From the NCBI GenBank assembly GCA_046262595.1, contig JBHEMM010000032.1:1-11787 (forward strand): a DNA stretch of 11,787 bases. Direction: 5' to 3'. Every line of letters begins with the position of its first letter. Position 1 is the first letter of the stretch. A model generated the notes under the pieces. The model saw nothing but the letters and a program-made list of their open reading frames with translations. It did not search any database and was not told the DNA's origin. Shown here piece after piece: positions 9,329-11,787 of this stretch. Both the position numbers and the translations under genes were made by a program. The stretch is from Vulcanimicrobiaceae bacterium (GTDB lineage: Bacteria > Vulcanimicrobiota > Vulcanimicrobiia > Vulcanimicrobiales > Vulcanimicrobiaceae).

Positions 9329-9358
9329 TTGCAGTCGAGCGGCGTTGCTCAGTATGAT
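9329..9358 (+). promoter_or_regulatory. Sigma70-type promoter for the RPPP-leader / cytochrome-porin operon
   Basis: TTGCAG (9329-9334), 18-nt spacer, TATGAT (9353-9358). ATG 9368 follows 9 nt later with no SD, suggesting a near-leaderless mRNA. The spacer holds a GAGC-N6-GCTC dyad. Confidence 0.6.
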
Positions 9359-9367
9359 AGTGGCAGC

Positions 9368-9919
9368 ATGAAAGCACTCTCCCGGCCGGGCCGGGTCATG
9401 GCACACGCGCTCGTCGCAGCCGCGCTCGGCCTACCCGTCGCGCTTTTGGCGCATGCCTTCGCGTTCGGAAGCAACCACGCTGTAGCCGGGGCGCTCCAAA
9501 GCGCTGCGCTGGCCGGCGGCGCGCTTGTCCTGCTGAGCGTGGTCGCGTTATCGGCGCGCGCGACGGCGCAAGGCACGATCGCCGCGGCGCGCGTGCGCGC
9601 GCACTTGCCGCATGCGGTTTGGCTGAGCATCTCCGGCGCCGCCTGGTTCGGGCTGCTCGAGTTGTGTGAATCGCCGCACGCCATCGCGGCAGCCGGTGTT
9701 GCCGCTGCACTGATCGTTGCATCTCTAGCCATTCACGCGCTCGTCGGCGCATTCGCGCGCTGGCTTGCCGCCATCGCGATCGCCGTCTGCACCGGACGTT
9801 TCGATGCGAGGGCGCGCGCAAACCACGTGCCGGCTTTTTCATTCTTTGCACCGCGTGCGCATCGTCTGCTCGCGCACTCCACGCGGCTGTTTTCGCGGCC
9901 GCCCCCTGCCTTTTCCTAA
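9368..9919 (+). CDS. His-rich 4-TM membrane protein ending in RPPP; putative regulatory leader / translation-arrest ORF
   Basis: 183 aa from ATG 9368 with about 4 hydrophobic helices, 10 His and an ELCESPH loop. The C-terminus is LFSRPPPAFS*, with RPPP codons at 9896-9907. Confidence 0.78.
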   Translation: MKALSRPGRVMAHALVAAALGLPVALLAHAFAFGSNHAVAGALQSAALAGGALVLLSVVALSARATAQGTIAAARVRAHLPHAVWLSISGAAWFGLLELCESPHAIAAAGVAAALIVASLAIHALVGAFARWLAAIAIAVCTGRFDARARANHVPAFSFFAPRAHRLLAHSTRLFSRPPPAFS

Positions 9920-9953
9920 ACGCCGCGCGTTTCTTCACCCGTTTAGGAAAGGC
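9908..9953 (+). promoter_or_regulatory. SD-sequestering mRNA hairpin (translational attenuator)
   Basis: TTTCCTAAACG (9912-9922) is the exact complement of CGTTTAGGAAA (9940-9950), extended by GCC/GGC across a 1-nt bulge. The 3' arm carries the AGGAAAGG SD of the ATG at 9959. Confidence 0.85.
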
Positions 9954-9958
9954 TCACC

Positions 9959-11704
9959 ATGTCCGGTTTTTCTTCGGGCGCGCGCAGCTTGTGCGCCGTC
10001 GTCCTTCTCCTTCTCGGCGCGCACGCGAACGCGTCGGCGATTCCAGTCTTCGCGAACGGTCAAGGCGTCTCGTGTGAAACGTGCCACACGACGTTTCCGG
10101 GCATGACGCGCTACGGCATGTCCGTGATGATGACAAACTTTCAAATTTTGAACCGCCATCTGCAAGACCAGGCGCTGCCGGTTTCCGCGCGTCTATACAT
10201 CACCTCGCTTCTGGGCAACGGCGATCATCCGGGCTCAACGACGGTGGACGATCTCTCGCTGCTCGCAGGCGGTTTTTTAGGGCGAAACTTCACGTGGTAC
10301 GGCGAGCAGCATGTTATCGACACCGGAATGCCCGGCGAGACGGAGCAGCTGTGGCTGTCTTGGAACGGCGTGCTGCGTGGAACGAACTCGCTGCAAGTCG
10401 GTAAATTGCATACGCCGTTTCCTTTCATGCCGGCGCACGCGTGGACGATAAGCCCGTATCTTTTGGCAACGCAAACGACGGGCGAGAACACGTTCAACCC
10501 CAGTGATGCGCGCTGGGGCGCCGCATTCAACGGCATGTCGAACGAGTTCATGTACAGTCTCTCCTGGCTGACCGGCAGCGGGCCCACCGGCGACGCGCTC
10601 AATTACAACAAGACAGCCAACCCGCGCGCCCTCGACGCCAACATCTCGTACGGCGGCATGCAGCTGCCCTGGACCGCCGGCTTGGTTGCGATGCGCGGCG
10701 ATTCGCCGGTGAACGATCCGCTTTCGGGTCGTTTCCTGACCAGCAACGCCTTCACGCGCGCAGGCGTCTACTTCGCATATCAAGATGCGATGTGGCACTA
10801 TCAAACGATGCTGTACCGCGGTTCGGACGCAAACCCCGGCGTCGGATTGACGAATGTTCCGCTGAGCGGATTTTTCTTTGAGGCGGAGCGCGATCTTGGT
10901 TGGCGCAATCATCTTCTTCTGCGTTACGATGTGGCGTCGAGCGACACGCTCAACCGTCAGCTCGTCGCGGACCTCTCGCACAATCTTGCGCCGAACGCGG
11001 CGGTCATCGCTGAAGTTGCGGGCTATCCCGGCGCTAAGCCGGCGGTCGGCCTGAGGCTTGCCTACGCCGGCCCCTACGAGAGCGGCAAGCGCTTCTTGCG
11101 CAACGCAACCGTTGTGCCGGTAAACACCCAGAGCGCGAAGACTTCCGCGCAGCCGGCTGCCGCGGCGTCCGCGCCGCCCGCAACCAGCGGTGATGCGAAC
11201 AATGGCGCCAAACTGGTGCAGGCAAACGGCTGCGCCGGTTGTCACGGTGCCGCATTGCGGGGCGGATCCGTCGGCCCCGCGCTCTTCGGCATCGAGCACA
11301 AACTCTCGAGCCCGCACATTGCAGACTTCATCGCACACCCTCGGGCGCCCATGCCGAATTTCGGCTTCAGCGCGCAGCAGATTGGCGACATCGTCGCTTA
11401 CCTCTCGAACTTGGACGGCGGTGCGGCGCAGGGTCCCGTCGTAACGTTCGATCCGACCACGCCGACCGATCACGCAACGATAACCGTGCGCTTCCCCGGA
11501 ACTCCGCCGGCTGCGGTAAGCGTTGTACCAACGATGCACATGGGCTCGGCGGCAATGGCAGCGCGCGCGGTACCTTTAACGCAATCGGCCTCCGACCCGC
11601 ACGTTTTCACCGGACCGGTCGTGTTTTCGATGAGCGGACCGTGGACCGTGCGCATCGAGTACGACGGCAAAACGCTCGACGTCCCGCTCAACGTGGGACA
11701 GTAA
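9959..11704 (+). CDS. Cyc2-like heme c/outer-membrane porin fused to a second cytochrome c domain and a YtkA-like domain
   Basis: Signal peptide ending ASA|IP, then AIPVFANGQGVSCETCHTTFPGMTRYG (Cyc2-type N-terminus, CxxCH at residues 39-43). About 300 aa of amphipathic aromatic beta-strands and an Ala/Pro linker follow. Then come CAGCHG..GP.L..MPNF (class I cytochrome c, C425-H429, M465) and C-terminal MHMG..FTGPVVFSMSGPWTVRIEY. Confidence 0.85.
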   Translation: MSGFSSGARSLCAVVLLLLGAHANASAIPVFANGQGVSCETCHTTFPGMTRYGMSVMMTNFQILNRHLQDQALPVSARLYITSLLGNGDHPGSTTVDDLSLLAGGFLGRNFTWYGEQHVIDTGMPGETEQLWLSWNGVLRGTNSLQVGKLHTPFPFMPAHAWTISPYLLATQTTGENTFNPSDARWGAAFNGMSNEFMYSLSWLTGSGPTGDALNYNKTANPRALDANISYGGMQLPWTAGLVAMRGDSPVNDPLSGRFLTSNAFTRAGVYFAYQDAMWHYQTMLYRGSDANPGVGLTNVPLSGFFFEAERDLGWRNHLLLRYDVASSDTLNRQLVADLSHNLAPNAAVIAEVAGYPGAKPAVGLRLAYAGPYESGKRFLRNATVVPVNTQSAKTSAQPAAAASAPPATSGDANNGAKLVQANGCAGCHGAALRGGSVGPALFGIEHKLSSPHIADFIAHPRAPMPNFGFSAQQIGDIVAYLSNLDGGAAQGPVVTFDPTTPTDHATITVRFPGTPPAAVSVVPTMHMGSAAMAARAVPLTQSASDPHVFTGPVVFSMSGPWTVRIEYDGKTLDVPLNVGQ

Positions 11705-11705
11705 C

Positions 11706-11787
11706 GTGCGCCGCCGCGACTTCCTGGGCGCCGGCGGCGGCGCAATGCTCGCGCTTACGCTGCCGCGTCTCTCGTCCGCGGCTTCCG
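11706..11787 (+). CDS. Tat-exported protein, 5' fragment only (runs off the window)
   Basis: GTG 1 nt after the previous stop. Reads MRRRDFLGAGGGAMLALTLPRLSSAAS, a twin-arginine RRxFL motif plus h-region. Not in the supplied ORF track. Confidence 0.7.
   Translation, partial: MRRRDFLGAGGGAMLALTLPRLSSAAS

Noticed and set aside
9215..9367. Upstream extension of the RPPP leader ORF (234-aa version)
   Set aside because: It overlaps the lipoprotein 3' end, the hairpin and the predicted promoter. ATG 9368 fits better.
9368..9919. Assignment of the leader to DUF2946 (CutF/CruR)
   Set aside because: It has no CxxC motif and has four TM helices; only the Pro-rich C-terminal logic is shared.
10277..11539. 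420-aa minus-strand ORF
   Set aside because: It is the antisense shadow of the cytochrome-porin gene, Arg-rich and without motifs.

Overview
GC-rich bacterial chromosomal window. The Firmicute-like housekeeping genes together with an apparent outer-membrane beta-barrel suggest a diderm Terrabacteria lineage such as Eremiobacterota; this is inference only. From left to right: a possible island junction next to a minus-strand tRNA-Asn(GTT), an MFS transporter, a secreted VirB10/TrbI-like glycine-zipper protein, an ahcY-metK methyl-cycle operon divergent from an FTCD_C/FchA-like cyclohydrolase, and a minus-strand operon hypothetical-ymdB-spoVS-PHP in which ymdB appears to need a non-canonical ATA or CTG start. 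A His-motif lipoprotein follows. The most interesting part is 9329-11787. A promoter drives a His-rich 4-TM leader ORF that ends in an RPPP (RAPP-like) arrest motif, and its last codons pair with the Shine-Dalgarno of the next gene. That gene encodes a Cyc2-like heme c/porin fused to a second cytochrome c and a YtkA-like Met/His domain, and is followed by a Tat-exported protein cut by the window edge. This looks like a ribosome-stalling-controlled, probably copper- or metal-linked, outer-membrane cytochrome-porin system.
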